Origin: Macrostomum hystrix
Lineage: Eukaryota > Animalia > Platyhelminthes
Direction of reading: 5' to 3'
Assembly: GCA_950097015.1 (NCBI GenBank)
Contig: CATNEN010000001.1
Span: forward strand, 11,718,001 to 11,782,000
DNA: 64,000 nucleotides
The notes under the pieces: model-generated
What the model was told of the DNA's origin: nothing
Database searches by the model: none
The model's input: the letters and a program-made list of their open reading frames with translations, nothing else
Shown here: positions 25,638 to 38,591 of the stretch, one piece after another
Layout of the letters: every line of letters starts with the position of its first letter
How positions within the stretch are numbered: position 1 is the first letter of the stretch
Translations under genes and position numbers: made by a program

Positions 25638-26284
25638 GGGTAATGTATCATCAACCAAACAAGAATGTGTATTTTTTAAACTTCAAACTTAAGCTACAGA
25701 TCTTCTATTTAAGATATGATGATAAATCAAAAGCCAAGTTATAGAAAACAGTTACATCTTTCTAAAAAGTATCTGCTTTTGCTATTTTGTCAAATAGAAC
25801 AAAAAGTTATTCCTGCTTTTTATCTAAAACCGAACAATGATTTTCATGTATCTTCAAACCAAACAGAGAATTTGATGTTTGGTTTTATAATTTGATTGAG
25901 TGGTTTAATCTTATTTTAAGGAGTGAACTATCATGAATTATGTCATTTGAAAGCATTTTTCATGTTCTATAAATAACTATATAATTTATGGTCATTTAAT
26001 TGGCAAGCAACCACATACAATCTTTGTCTAAAGTACATACTGAAGAAATGTTGTTAAAAAGTATGCTTTTGCAATAAAAATTTCTACTGAAGCATCTATA
26101 TCTTTCTTTCCTCTTAATGCTTCATTGCACATCATGCCTCAGCTTGTAGATAATTTCTTAAACTTTCAAATTAGTTGTTCTGTGAAACACAATAGCTTGT
26201 TTCTGTCTTGCACGAGACCAAGGAAGGAGTCAAAATTCTTGTTCGATTTTGAAGATACACTGTTTGGTTGATGATACATTACCC
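25638..26284. mobile_element. MITE with perfect 24-bp TIRs (GGGTAATGTATCATCAACCAAACA), flanked by TA
   Basis: Exact inverted match of 25638-25661 with 26261-26284; AT-rich non-coding interior. Confidence 0.82.
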
Positions 26285-27821
26285 TAACTAGAGGCTTCTA
26301 ATGCTTCTTCTATATAGGCTTAGAACTAATTGTTTCAAATTATGGTAAAATGACATTGGTATACTTTTTCATAAAATGACCATGAATTGAGACTTTCGTT
26401 TTTATTGGTACAATAAGAAAAAAATGTATCTAAATTAAAATTAGTAGAATTGCAGCATGGCTTTATAATTTTTCACAGAAAAGATACTAAAACTATAGGC
26501 CTTTTATATGATCTAAACAATGGGTTTAAGAGGAGGCTTAGAATAAGCATGAATGAGATAAGTTTTGCACGAAAAACAAAAAATACAAGTCGATCAATCA
26601 TTTAGTAAAGCTATGACATTATACCTTAATGACTAGTCTATTTCTTGCATAGATGATAAAATAGATACAAAAAATGTAAAATATATTTTAAGCTGGCGCT
26701 AAAGAGGTCAAGCTTAGCCTCGATTTTCAGTAAGACAAATGCTTGATATAAAATTCTATATTCTCCTGACAGGAAATCAGTGAAATGCAATGGCCATGGC
26801 CTAGTAAATTAATTATGTAAATTACGATATCATGACTTATACTATAGTTTTAAACCGATTGGCCTCTAAAGTTTCAGCGTTAAAGTTAAAGTTAGACCAC
26901 AAAAATAACTTGCAACTACCTACCAGACAGAGGGCCCCTTTTGTGCAATCTAAGTACAGTATGTAATTGTCAGATTAAATGGTATCTTCATCTTAGTAAG
27001 TTTGTCGTCTTTGGGCAGCAGATCTTGTGCCTTTTTAAAATGCCGCGCGATTTCTAAACCAAACTTTTCATCGCAAAAACAAAAGCTTTATGTAAATGGA
27101 AGTTAGGGTGTTGCCCAGAATTTTAACACACAAATTTTTTTCGTTTTTTTTAATTAGTTTTTGCTTCACATATACAAGTTAATAGTCCTCGCTATACTTT
27201 CCGTTCATTTAAACGTAATCAAGTGGCGCTTGACATAACATTCTCTTGAACTACAGGTTCGCAACGCTATATATTTTTTATATATGTATTTCTGTTAAGA
27301 GAAATTTTATTTTGATCAGTAAATTGTGTGAAATAATCTAGAGTTGATCCCTCTGCTTTTTCTTGGACATGAAATGGAATTACGTCATGTTATTATTTCT
27401 GGGGTATTTCTTTGTTACTGACGACGATATAGATTGGTTGCGGAGCTGGAAGCCACTATTATTCTAGTAAATACGCCTGTTTTATACTGCAATTGCGAAT
27501 TAATTTTACTGGGCATCTTTAAACTGTTGCATAGTTTTGCAAAATGACTAGTTCTATAACTTCTCTCGACTGAATTACTTTTTTGAAGTAAAAAATCAGC
27601 TCATCTTCTTTCCATAATATTTAAACTATAGTTATTCTAATCTAATCTTCAACACTCTATATCTGCATTATCCATAGCCCGTAACATATAATTCTCATAA
27701 ATAATATCATGGCTTAGAGATTTTTTTGAGTCACAACAAAATAGAACAATACGTACTGCTTATGTCAGTAGAGTAGTGCGCATGCAATCGTCCAACACTA
27801 AATTGTAAAAGAACTAAAGAG

Positions 27822-29398
27822 GTTTCGCAATTGTCAGCTGAGGTAGCATAAATAGCAGTTCAAGCATGCATTTCAGTTGGTGGGCCACAGTCTGAGGGAT
27901 TTGGATTTGAGCCAAAAGCAATTCCTTACTTTCCATGCCGCTCTATCCAGGCACATGTGCTTGGAGTTGTGGCAGTTCCTCAGGCCAACTCGACACCCAC
28001 TTTTTGCAGCCGAGCAACACGCTTCAATTATGAGGTTTCTGCGGCATTGACAACTTATAAACGAAGAAGTCCTATTGTTTGTTTATTTACTATCTGAGCT
28101 GTTTCTAAGGTCAAGCCTTGAAATATATACTTTTTTTAATGTAGTTGTAGCCTGTTCGTCAGGGCGTCGGACTAACAACTTAAAGGTTGGGGTTCGATTC
28201 CCGACTCCCTGGAACAATTTGTTCTTTAGCAAGATACTTACCTCTGAATTGCTTCAGTGCACCCAGCTGTTCAATGGGTACCAGCATCCGCTGGGATAAG
28301 GCGGGTGTTGCGTCCCCCAGTCCATCATGGACTGAACGGCTGTACGCAGCCTTCAGATGCCCCGCGCAGTAGCTGCGGCTGTGCTGACCCAATTCATGGA
28401 GCAGGTAGGTGTAATCAATTATTTATTATTTTTATTTTTATTTCGTAAATAAAACTTACCATATAAACAGTATCTCATACAATTTCACTATATTGGTAAG
28501 CTTTCATCTCACGTGCCACATGTGCTACTCCTTAATTTAAGTAGAATATATTGAGTATTTGCGAACTTTTTATGCAGTTTTCATTAAGAATTGTTCTTGC
28601 AAGCGGTGCTCGTTTTAATTAGTTTTTTTCATGCAGGTGCTTCAGTTAAGGAGAGAGACAGGTTAAATAAATGACACCGAATTCCAATTTGGTCAGATGT
28701 ACAGTCGGGAAAATCCAAAGTGAGTGGCTGCAGATGCGGGTTGATCGTAGCAGAGTAGTCAAACACATTTTCCTATGTGTTTGAAAAGGCTTTGGAGGCT
28801 TGTTTTCAAATTTACACCCTATATAGAAGGGCCAACCTCTGAGGCACAGTTAGAGTATTTTGCTTGGGATTTGGTAAATTATCTTCAGTGCCATAACTGT
28901 TACATACATTCACTTCAAAGCACATCCATCAAGTAGGTATACCTGGTTGATCACCGTTCCCATGCCTAGTTCGTCGTATGTAAAAAACGCGTACAAAATT
29001 ACTGTATTGGTTTTATAAAACACAAATTTGTTTTATAGAACGCCATTTAAAATATCGTCACAAGCGCTAGTAGGTCTTTCTGCAACCGCGCATACATCGC
29101 TACTTACAGCTGAGAATTTCAGTAGAGTAGTGCAACTATAATGCTTTATTTGTTGAAGAAGTTTCGCAATTGTCAGCTGAGGTAGCATAAATAGCAGTTC
29201 AAGCATGCATTTCAGTTGGTGGGCCACAGTCTGAGGGATTTGGATTTGAGCCAAAAGCAATTCCTTACTTTCCATGCCGCTCTATCCAGGCACATATGTG
29301 CTTGGAGTTGTGGCAGTTCCTCAGGCCAACTCGACACCCACTTTTTGCAGCCGAGCAACACGCTTCAATTATGAGGTTACTGCGGCATTGACAACTTA
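27822..29398. repeat. ~236-bp direct duplication (27822-28057 and 29161-29398)
   Basis: Near-identical copies differing by a 2-nt indel and a substitution. Confidence 0.88.
28140..28440 (+). mobile_element. SINE family A, diverged full-length copy
   Basis: gttgtagcct...ggttcgattcccgactcc...ttagcaagatacttacc...cacccagctgttcaatgggtaccagc...gtgtaatcaattattta. Confidence 0.82.
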
Positions 29399-29899
29399 AT
29401 ACAGAAGTGTTATTGTGCTTCTGAGTAGGCTTACCCCCTTATTGAATTGCAACGCTGACAAATAGTCTATACAATGTACTGTCCCACTGCATGGGAAGCA
29501 AGCTGTCGAAACGACATCAGTTTGCCATGTCGATTCGATGGATGCAAATGTCGGGGTGCAACGACATTGTTTCGAGGTGGGTGGTACACCTTCATTTCGA
29601 CGTCAATGCTGCGTCGTTTCGCCTTCGTTCTGCGACGTCGATTCGATTTTACTTTAGTTTTTTTATTTACAAGTGTAAATGTACAAATGTACACAAATGT
29701 ACAATCGATTTGGAATTGTATCATTGCACTCACAAGCGCATATTGGAAAATTACAAATGCAAGACAAAATGTCCAAGACAGCTAGTTCATATGTGTGTGC
29801 AACATGCACGGCAACAGTACTCCCCCCGCAAGGCCTCACGCCCCAGCGCCAACGCACACAACTCACACAACGCAGAACAGGCACACAGAAGGTAGGAGC

Positions 29900-30080
29900 G
29901 AAGCTATTATTTTAAGCACGAAATTTTGATTGCACGAAATATGGTGCACCTCCGCCGGTCGCAACTGTCCAAACCCTCCAACAAGTCCCGAAATTAATCG
30001 TGACTTGAAGGGAGAATCGAACTAGCGTCCATTGGAGTGCGAGGCATGAGCGACGCTAGCCGCTGACCCACTCGCCCCTT
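29900..30080 (-). mobile_element. Possible third tRNA-derived SINE or tRNA pseudogene
   Basis: Minus strand ggggcgagtgggtcagcggctagc...ctagttcgattctccc has A/B-box-like motifs; single copy in the window. Confidence 0.4.
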
Positions 30081-31922
30081 GACGAGCTACGTAAGCAGAA
30101 TGAGTTTTAAGCCGCGAATCAATTAAACATGCAGTCCCTTGAACTTAAAATTCGAGTTCCGTAACTGTCAGTAACTTGCGCTTGCACAAAAACTACGCTC
30201 GTTAAAAAAGACAGTATAGTATAGTAGTATTGTAGATTTGGCTAATTAGGCAGGAAGTCAGCTATTTTGCAAATGTAATGTTTTTACATTAATTAAAATA
30301 AGTGTTCTGAACAAGTATGTAAGATTAGGGCAGTTTAAATTGGTACGATAATAAAAACGAGAATGAAAAGAACATTTGAACGAAACGAATAATTTGATAT
30401 TGTTAGTAAAAAGGGTCAACGCGGAACATACTTGAATTTCATCGCTGGCACGAAGATTGAAATCAAGGACAACTGAAGTTACGTTATTTATCAGTTTTCC
30501 AGTTGTCCAGCCCAGTCCAGTCCACTACTTCAGTTGTCCTTTGATTGGAATTTGAGGCGAAAGGGAATAGGGAAAAACTAGAGATGAAAAAACAAAAGGA
30601 CAACAAATTATCGAGGATTCCAACAAAAAAAATGTATCTAGACAATGGGTAAGGAATTAAACTATGATCGAGGTTCTGATCACGTGGCGACTAATTATTT
30701 GTGTCAAGATTGATGTCAAGGACCACTAGGAGTAGACTACTCCTACTAATCTACTAGAACGATTACGAAAAAATAAATAAGTAGGTTACAAATATAAATA
30801 TTACACCGAAGTCTACAGTTTTCTGGCTGTATTCGTCAACGCTCGTGGACATTAAAGAGAACGTTGTTCAAACAGACAGCAAAATTGAAAGTACACGTAT
30901 TTAAAGTACACTATTTTATGCATTATTAACAAAATAATCAGAACGAAGAGTAACTAGCTGCATAGGGCACTTAAAGACTACATAATAATTTAATGAATAA
31001 TGTATTTAATTAACACGCATTTATCTATCTAACCGTAGAAAAGTTTTGCACACGCAAAAACAAGGTACTAGGTACTAGGTACTAGGTACAAGGTACAAAA
31101 ATTTAGAGACAAAAATGTAGTTAAATGAACTCTATCAGGAAGCAGAGTTACTACGTTTCCTTACTGTTTTAACGGATGACTGCGTTGTTTCTTTATTAAA
31201 TTTCTAGGGGCAAAAAATTGCACAGCTGGCCTTATTTTTATATTCTTCAGAAAACTGGCTATAAATCGAATTCGCTCTCCAACCCTAGTCCCTAGGTAGC
31301 TAAGTAGCTTCAAGCCTTCTCGATGAAACTGATGTTTGCCTACCTAATCATTGTTTCAATAACTGGCCTCACTAGCCAGAGTAATTTGCCTAACTATCAA
31401 AATTGCTTTGCTTACTATTTTTATTTTATTTTATTCTATTTTTCATATTTATTTATAGCTCTAGCCATAGCTAGGCCCTATTAAACTATTAAACTATTAA
31501 ATAGCTTATCAGCTTATTTAATATATGAGAAATAATTTTATTAAAAATAATAATATTATTAACAGTTATTACAATATATATTGTTAAAGAAAGACCCGAA
31601 ATAAATGATAATGTAGCGACTACCTTGATCATTGTCCCTTAAGACTTTTCTTGCCTAAGACCTATAAAATAAAAATAATTAATACTAGGAACACAAGCTT
31701 GGAGACAAGTTCTGTAGAAATTTTCTACTATGAACACTTACTGCCAAATGGAGACTTACTGAACAAAGTGCCCCTTAAACTGAAGGACACTCCAATCTCA
31801 AGAGAGTCCTTCTCTGATGCCTTTCTAACTAGTTTTTAGTCTTAGTTGTCCCAAAGGAAACTCTCTTATTTAAGAATGTCCTTTCGCCTGGTTACTTCAT
31901 GGAAATTCTTTAACCTATTGAG

Positions 31923-32245
31923 TAATAATTATTTTTTAATAATTAATAATAATTGATTACACCTGCCCCAATTGGGTCAGATGTGCAGCCGACAGCATAG
32001 CCACAGCTAATGCGCTGCGCATCTGAAGGCTGCGTACAGCTGTTCAGTCCATGGACTGGGGGGACGCCACACCCACCCTCAATTATCCCAGCTAATGATG
32101 GTACCCATTAAACAGCTGGGTGAACTGAAGCAATGCAGAGTTAAGTGTCTTGCTAAAGGACACAAATTGTTCCAGTGGAGTCAGGAATCGAACCCCCGAC
32201 CTTCAAGTCGTGAGTCCGACGCCCTAACCAATAGGCTACAACCTC
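31923..32245 (-). mobile_element. SINE family A, full-length copy
   Basis: Closely similar to 16753-17065. Confidence 0.88.
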
Positions 32246-32683
32246 TGGCTGGCTACAACCTCTGGCTATAGGTTGGTGACATGCCAAAACTATTGAGTAC
32301 AAGTGAACATATCCAAGTTCCAGAGCCTGTTGCATTCTGAGAGTTTGTCCAAACTCTGGACTGGGAGAAGAATCAACCGTCAGATTTTTTAGTTTGCAGA
32401 TGTCTCATATTTATTGGTGGTAGGTGGGCCATGTGTGGGTGTATGATCAGCATGCTTTCTCATTTACTGCAAGGATTTTAACTGGCAGAGAAGCCGCGGG
32501 CATGCCAAAATTTGCTTAAGTTTATTTATTTATTTATTTAAAATAGAAGAATACTTTGCAACTAAAATACTATATCCTTCCCCTTTCAGAATTGTATTAA
32601 AACAATGATACAAATTTGCGCTAATTAAGAGCTGGCCAGCTAACCAGAAGCAGAGGTTTCTATATAGTGATTCAATAGTTCCC

Positions 32684-34415
32684 ATGGCCAATGCCCCGCC
32701 ACCGGCCACGCCCCAGCTGAGCATGGAACATCGCCAGATTGCAGCTCGAGCGGCAAATGCCGTGTCATTTAAATTAGGATTCAGAATTGGCCGATTAGCT
32801 AATAGCAATATATTGCTAGATTTCTATGAGGCTTTGAATTCTATTCTCTACCTGCTATCTAGCGCATGCTCCCTGCAGTATGTCACCAAGGAGGCCAGAT
32901 TGAATTCCTTCACTCGGGTCGGCTGGGATACGCGCGTCGGCGGCGGCGGCAGCTTGCAAACTGCGGACGAAATGGCCGAGTGCGGCTTCTATAGTCTTGG
33001 CGACGCCGATCACGTCAAGTGCTTCTTTTGCGACCTGGGCCTGCGCGACTGGATTTACGGCGATAGTCCAGAGCGAGAGCACGCCAAGTTTAGTCCATTG
33101 TGCTTCTATCTGAAAAGCTGCCTTGGATTGGACGGCCTTCAAGCTGCTACGCCGCAGACTACAAACTATCCGCCATCCTACATGCGCCAGGATCACAATC
33201 AGCTGTTGCGCAGTATCGGAGAAGATTTCTGCGGACCAGTTGGTCGCATTGCTTGCGGTGTCGGTCTGGACGATACGAAAGTGCTGCTCTGTATCTCAAG
33301 AAACTTTATTAGGTTCCGGTAAGTTGAAAGCCTGATTACAATTTTGGCCAAGATAAACTTAGTTTTTGTTTGTACGCTAATAATTTGAGTTCTTAATTAT
33401 GTTCAAATCTCACGCGCGCACACCTGAGTGTATATCCTTGTGTCTGTGTGCGTACTTAAGGGTCAGCAGAATAGTCAGCATTACCTACTCACTAGCTTCG
33501 GGTCTACTGTTGCCAAAAATAGCATTGTTTTTTTGCCTTGGTACTCACTACTCGTAGATTATTAAAATAGTGTTTAATTTTAGCTTAATTTAGATATAAG
33601 GCTACTGTTTCTTGTAGTATTTTTTCCAAAGATATTTAGGTCGTTTCATTTTCGTTTTATAAGCAAATGCGCATAATGGTAGAAAGATTAGAAGTACAAA
33701 GACCAATGCCCTGGGGTATTTCAAATACAATCATTTTTCTTATTTTCTTATCTCCTAAAATATTTAACCGATCGCCACGAAACTCCAGAACATGGGCTAA
33801 AATTTTACTTGTTCTGTGGTGTCTAATGGCAAAACATGTCAGTATAGGCATAATGTTTCATTGTTAATTTTATTGTTATTGAACCAATATAGATTAGCCA
33901 TAGAGCTGTATACTGAGGAATGCTAGTTTACTGACGATGCTGACTTCCATCGGCTTTAAAAGTTTTGATCCACTTGGTAGACTTTCACGAAAATCGGTCA
34001 TTCGGTTATCATGCAGTTAGCAGGCGGTATTTAAAATTATTTTTTACTGTTAAACGACGTTAAGAACACTGATGTATAGATATATAATTTTTTTTTATAT
34101 TTGATTAGCAAAGTTAGCCCCTAAACATTAGCAAATTGTCTTCAAATTGCTAATTATACTCATGTCGGAAACCAAGTTGGTAAACGATTCCCCTCTGGAT
34201 CGGCAAAGGTAAACTGATAAACTGATGTAATCTTATTAGTTCCCGATGTGCCCATTTCCAGAAAGCGCTACTCAGCCAAGGAGCTCATACTGAGTGCTCA
34301 AGCTGAATGGGAACGCGACCTGCTGCAAGCTCCATCCGATCCGCCACAATTTCTTGGGGATTACAACATCGCTGCTGTTTTTCGGGAATTTTACCGCATC
34401 ATTAGTTCATTATAA
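32684..34415 (+). CDS. IAP-like protein: one BIR domain plus UBA-like segment; exons 32684-33318 and 34262-34415
   Basis: EARLNSF...MAECGFYSLGDADHVKCFFCDLGLRDW...SPEREHAKFSPLCFYL carries the CX2C...H...C zinc ligands of a BIR. A phase-2 GT-AG intron gives ...FIRFRKRYSAKELILSAQAE...SSL*. The start codon is uncertain. Confidence 0.85.
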
Positions 34416-34779
34416 ATTAGCTTGTATCCAGATTTGTCATTCTTTTTAATTAAAACATAATTCCATCTTTAACAAACTAGTAGATAATTCGTTTTTACAA
34501 AAAAATCACCATATGTTCAATTCACGAGTTGGTGTATCCTTACCATTTTGTTGTCTCTTAAATGTGTAAAATTAAATGAATTACTGTATTCCAGCGTCGT
34601 CCTGGTGGGGTGTTCCTAGCAATTTTATTAAGTGCTTAGCAGCTTTTTGGGCAGTAAGAAACGTCACTCCGCGTGAGAGGAAAGTTGTGGGAAATAAAAA
34701 GAATTCTTCAATAAAAATTTTCTTGCTTCTTTAGTAATTTCATTACATTTTTCATATTTTTACTTTTTAACCTGTCTAT

Positions 34780-34920
34780 GTGGGAGTCAGTGGCAGAGCG
34801 GTTAACACGTTTGCCTCTCGCGCCATGGTCCCTGAGCTCGATTCCGCAGCGAGGCAACATTAAATTGGGACGCAGCCGCGGAGAGAAGGCTTGGGGGCTT
34901 GTTGTGAAATCGGGGGCAGT
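34780..34920 (+). mobile_element. SINE family B, 5' (tRNA-like head) fragment
   Basis: gtggcagagcggttaacacgtttgcctctcgcgccatggtccctgagctcgattccgcagcgaggc matches the 52205 copy. Confidence 0.7.
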
Positions 34921-35033
34921 TATTGTCATTAACCTATATTATGTGTGTGGCCATAAAAGTAAATTTCTGTTTCCAATTATTGGCTATCGTAATTTAAGAA
35001 CAATGTAACATTTGCAGCTGCAAGTGTGCAATC

Positions 35034-35867
35034 ATGGACAAGTTAAACATGTCGCTAGATGAAATTATCAAGGCTGATAAGCGTTCTAACAGAGGATCTG
35101 CTACTAATAGAAGACCCAGCCGTGGCAGATCCAGAGGCGCCGGCAATCGAGGAAGTCGCCGAGGCACCTCTCGTGGCGGCGCCAGTGGCGGCTTCAGCGT
35201 CAGGAACAATGTGGCTCCAATACGCGGTGGCGGCGGTGTTACCAAGAGGTCGCGCGGACTCACTCGAAGCGGCCCAGTCCGCGGAGCCAGACTTCAAAGA
35301 GCCAATCGAGGTAGTCGACGTAGTCGCGGCGGCGGCGTAGTTTCAACTCACAATGCGACTAGTTTAGCCGCTGCCCAATCTTTGGCCAGAGCTAAGAAAT
35401 TGCAATTAAACAGAGCCGGCACCAGGGGTGGCGCCAGGGGTAGCGCCAGAGGTGGCGCCAGAACCGGAAGTACTCTCCGAGGCGGAGTGAGCAAAGCTAA
35501 GCAAGCCAATTATAATGCGCCTAATTCGCAGGCTACTGTTAGTAATTTTCGCGTGCGAGTTTCCAACGATCGCTACGATACTAGCGGCAATGATAGGCGC
35601 AGCTTAGAGCGAACCTACCTTATGCAGGCCAGGGCGTTGATTCAGGCCCAGAAAGAGGCGGCGGCTGCCGACGCTGCCGCATCAGCTGCCGCTGCAGCCA
35701 CGGCTAATGCGTTTCGCGGCGTTCTGGTTAGTGGCGGCGGCGGAAGCGGCCCCAGTCGTCGCGGCGGAAGTGTCTCGTACCGCGGCGGTGGCCGGGGCGG
35801 TCGCGGCGGTCGACGTCAAGGCGGTCGAGGTGGTGGTCGACGTGGCGGCTACGGCGACTATCGTTGA
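35034..35867 (+). CDS. RG/RGG-rich protein with N-terminal UAP56-binding motif (ALYREF/UIF-FYTTD1-like mRNA export adaptor)
   Basis: Intact 277-aa ORF beginning MDKLNMSLDEIIK (compare the DKxDMSLDDIIK motif); extensive RGG tracts; no RRM visible. Confidence 0.75.
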   Translation: MDKLNMSLDEIIKADKRSNRGSATNRRPSRGRSRGAGNRGSRRGTSRGGASGGFSVRNNVAPIRGGGGVTKRSRGLTRSGPVRGARLQRANRGSRRSRGGGVVSTHNATSLAAAQSLARAKKLQLNRAGTRGGARGSARGGARTGSTLRGGVSKAKQANYNAPNSQATVSNFRVRVSNDRYDTSGNDRRSLERTYLMQARALIQAQKEAAAADAAASAAAAATANAFRGVLVSGGGGSGPSRRGGSVSYRGGGRGGRGGRRQGGRGGGRRGGYGDYR

Positions 35868-36261
35868 ATTGGTTGCCCTTGGTTGCTTTTAAACTTAGTT
35901 ATTAAACAAAAAATAGATTTTGACTTCTGTGTGTTATACAGGCAGCAGGGTTGTATGAGTGTCATTTACATAAACTAGTTTTCTAGATGTTAATTTAGTC
36001 ATTTCTTTCGTTTTTTTCATCTCCTACGCGTAGCAGAATTAATTGTTTTCTAGAATTTCCTCCAAATGTAGGCCAAATCAACAAATTTTCTGTTTCAGTT
36101 TTTTCTTGTTTTTGTACATATCATGTTTAGGGAAGGAATTGAAACATTGCTAATGCCTATTTACTTTCTGAATGTACATGTCAATTTTTTGATGATCTGC
36201 ATAGTCTTATCCAATTACATAATATCGATTTTCTGTTGATTTAGTGATTCGCCTCCTTAAA

Positions 36262-37432
36262 ATAACTATCAAATCCCTAAAGAATCTGATGGGATAACTG
36301 TCAAATCCCTAAAGAATCTGATGGGATAACTGTCAAATCCCAAAAGAATCTGATGGGATAACTGTCAAATCCCTAAAGAATCTGATGGGATAACTGTCAA
36401 ATCCCTGAAGAATCTGATGGGATAACTGTCAAATCCCTGAAGAATCTGATGGGATAACTGTCAAATCCCTGAAGAATCTGTTGGGATAACTGTCAAATCC
36501 CTAAAGAATCTGATGGGATAACTGTCAAATCCCTGAAGAACCTGATGGGATAACTGTCAAATCCCTAAAGAATCTGATGGGATAACTGTCAAATCCCTAA
36601 AGAATCTGATGGGATAACTGTCAAATCCCTAAAGAATCTGATGGGATAACTGTCAAATCCCTGAAGAACCTGATGGGATAACTATCAAATCCCTAAAGAA
36701 TCTGATGGGATAACTGTCAAATCCCTAAAGAATCTGATGGGATAACTGTCAAATCCCTGAAGAATCTGATGGAATAACTGTCAAATCCCTGAAGAATCTG
36801 ATGGAATAACTGTCAAATCCCTAAAGAATCTGATGGAATAACTGTCAAATCCCTGAAGAACCTGATGGGATAACTGTCAAATCCCTAAAGAATCTGATGG
36901 AATAACTGTCAAATCCCTAAAGAATCTGATGGGATAACTGTCAAATCCCTAAAGAATCTGATGGGATAACTGTCAAATCCCTGAAGAATCTGATGGGATA
37001 ACTGTCAAATCCCTGAAGAACTTGATCGGATAACTGTCAAATCCCTGAAGAATCTGATGGGATAACTGTCAAATCCCTAAAGAATCTGATGGGATAACTG
37101 TCAAATCCCTAAAGAATCTGATGGGATAACTGTCAAATCCCTGAAGAACCTGATGGGATAACTGTCAAATCCCTAAAGAATATGATGGGATAACTGTCAA
37201 ATCCCTGAATAATCTGATGGGATAACTGTCAAATCCCTAAAGAATCTGATGGGATAACTGTCAAATCCCTGAAGAACCTGATGGGATAACTGTCAAATCC
37301 CTAAAGAATATGATGGGATAACTGTCAAATCCCTGAAGAATCTGATGGGATAACTGTCTAATCCCTGAAGAATCTGATGGGATAACTGTCAAATTCCTGA
37401 AGAATCTGATGGGATAACTGTCAAATCCCTTA
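36262..37432. repeat. 32-nt minisatellite (TGTCAAATCCCTAAAGAATCTGATGGGATAAC)
   Basis: ~36 copies with no spacers; lies between convergent genes. Confidence 0.94.
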
Positions 37433-38039
37433 ACATACCTTCATTACCTTAATTTTTTTCTCACCTTTAATTTTGCAGTGCTTGATTTTTCGTTCTCCAT
37501 TTTATCCCCATTTTAACACAAAATCATTAGTTTGTTATCAATCAATATTTATTGTTGTGTTGTGTCATTTCATGGTGCACTTTGTGGTATGTGATCGACG
37601 GTTTCCTGATGCATGCGCAAAAACTTGGGGTTACATTGGTAACTTGGTTTACATTGTTATCGATGCCATAAACTACCTTTAACTAGCAGGAAATACACTG
37701 CCCTGCATGTTGCTGTTTGCTCTGGTTTAAACTAGTTAATAAAAACGAAAGATTGCCAACAAAGTGCAAACATAGTCACAAGAAATCATTTTCTTTGATA
37801 AGAGAGGCATTCTTTGCAGTTAGATTGCTAATATAACGCATAAATGAAAACAAATTTTAAACATAAAGCAACTAAATGCTTGCGGCATTCGGGTATATTT
37901 TTAGCAAGAAAAATGTTAATTATGTTTTCTGCTTTTTAAAGAATAGAATATTGTAAATTTAAAAAGTAACAAAAAATAACTGCTTTAGTTGAGAAGCTTT
38001 TGTTATGTTGAAAGCAAAACTGAATGATGTATTTCGCAT

Positions 38040-38462
38040 GACACTGAAGGACTGGGTCAGGATGGCAGCTGAGGCACTGAAGGACTGGGGAAGATGGCAC
38101 TGAAGGACTGGTGGAAGATGGCACTGAAGGACTGGTGGAAGATGGCACTGAAGGACTGGTGGAAGATGGCACTGAAGGACTGGTTGAAGATGGCACTGAA
38201 GGACTGGTGGAAGATGGCACTGAAGGACTGGTGGAAGATGGCACTGAAGGACTGGTGGAAGATGGCACTGAAGGACTGGTGGAAGATGGCACTGAAGGAC
38301 TGGTTGAAGATGGCACTGAAGGACTGGTTGAAGATGGCACTGAAGGAATGGTGGAGGATGGCACTGAAGGACTGGGGAAGATAGCACTGAAGGAATGGTG
38401 GAAGATGGCACTGAAGGACTGGGCAGGATGGCACTGAAGGACTGGAGGAAGATGGCACTGGG
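38040..38462. repeat. 24-nt minisatellite (GGCACTGAAGGACTGGTGGAAGAT)
   Basis: Just downstream of the BRCA2 stop codon; MALKDWWK-type ORFs are artefacts. Confidence 0.92.
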
Positions 38463-38591
38463 GTGATAAAACTGTTGAAGCATTAACTTGCAAAGCTTAA
38501 ACAATGGAAAACAGTTATAACAACAGTCATCAGAGAGACCTTAGATGGAACATTCAGTAGGTCAGCACGTGCTACGATCAATACAAATATA

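Noticed and set aside
29467-29915. Overlapping Cys-rich short ORFs
   Set aside because: No recognisable domain or splice structure; more likely decayed repeat sequence with short palindromes.
36262-37432. CRISPR-like array (32-nt repeats)
   Set aside because: Units are head-to-tail with no unique spacers, there are no cas genes, and the context is eukaryotic.
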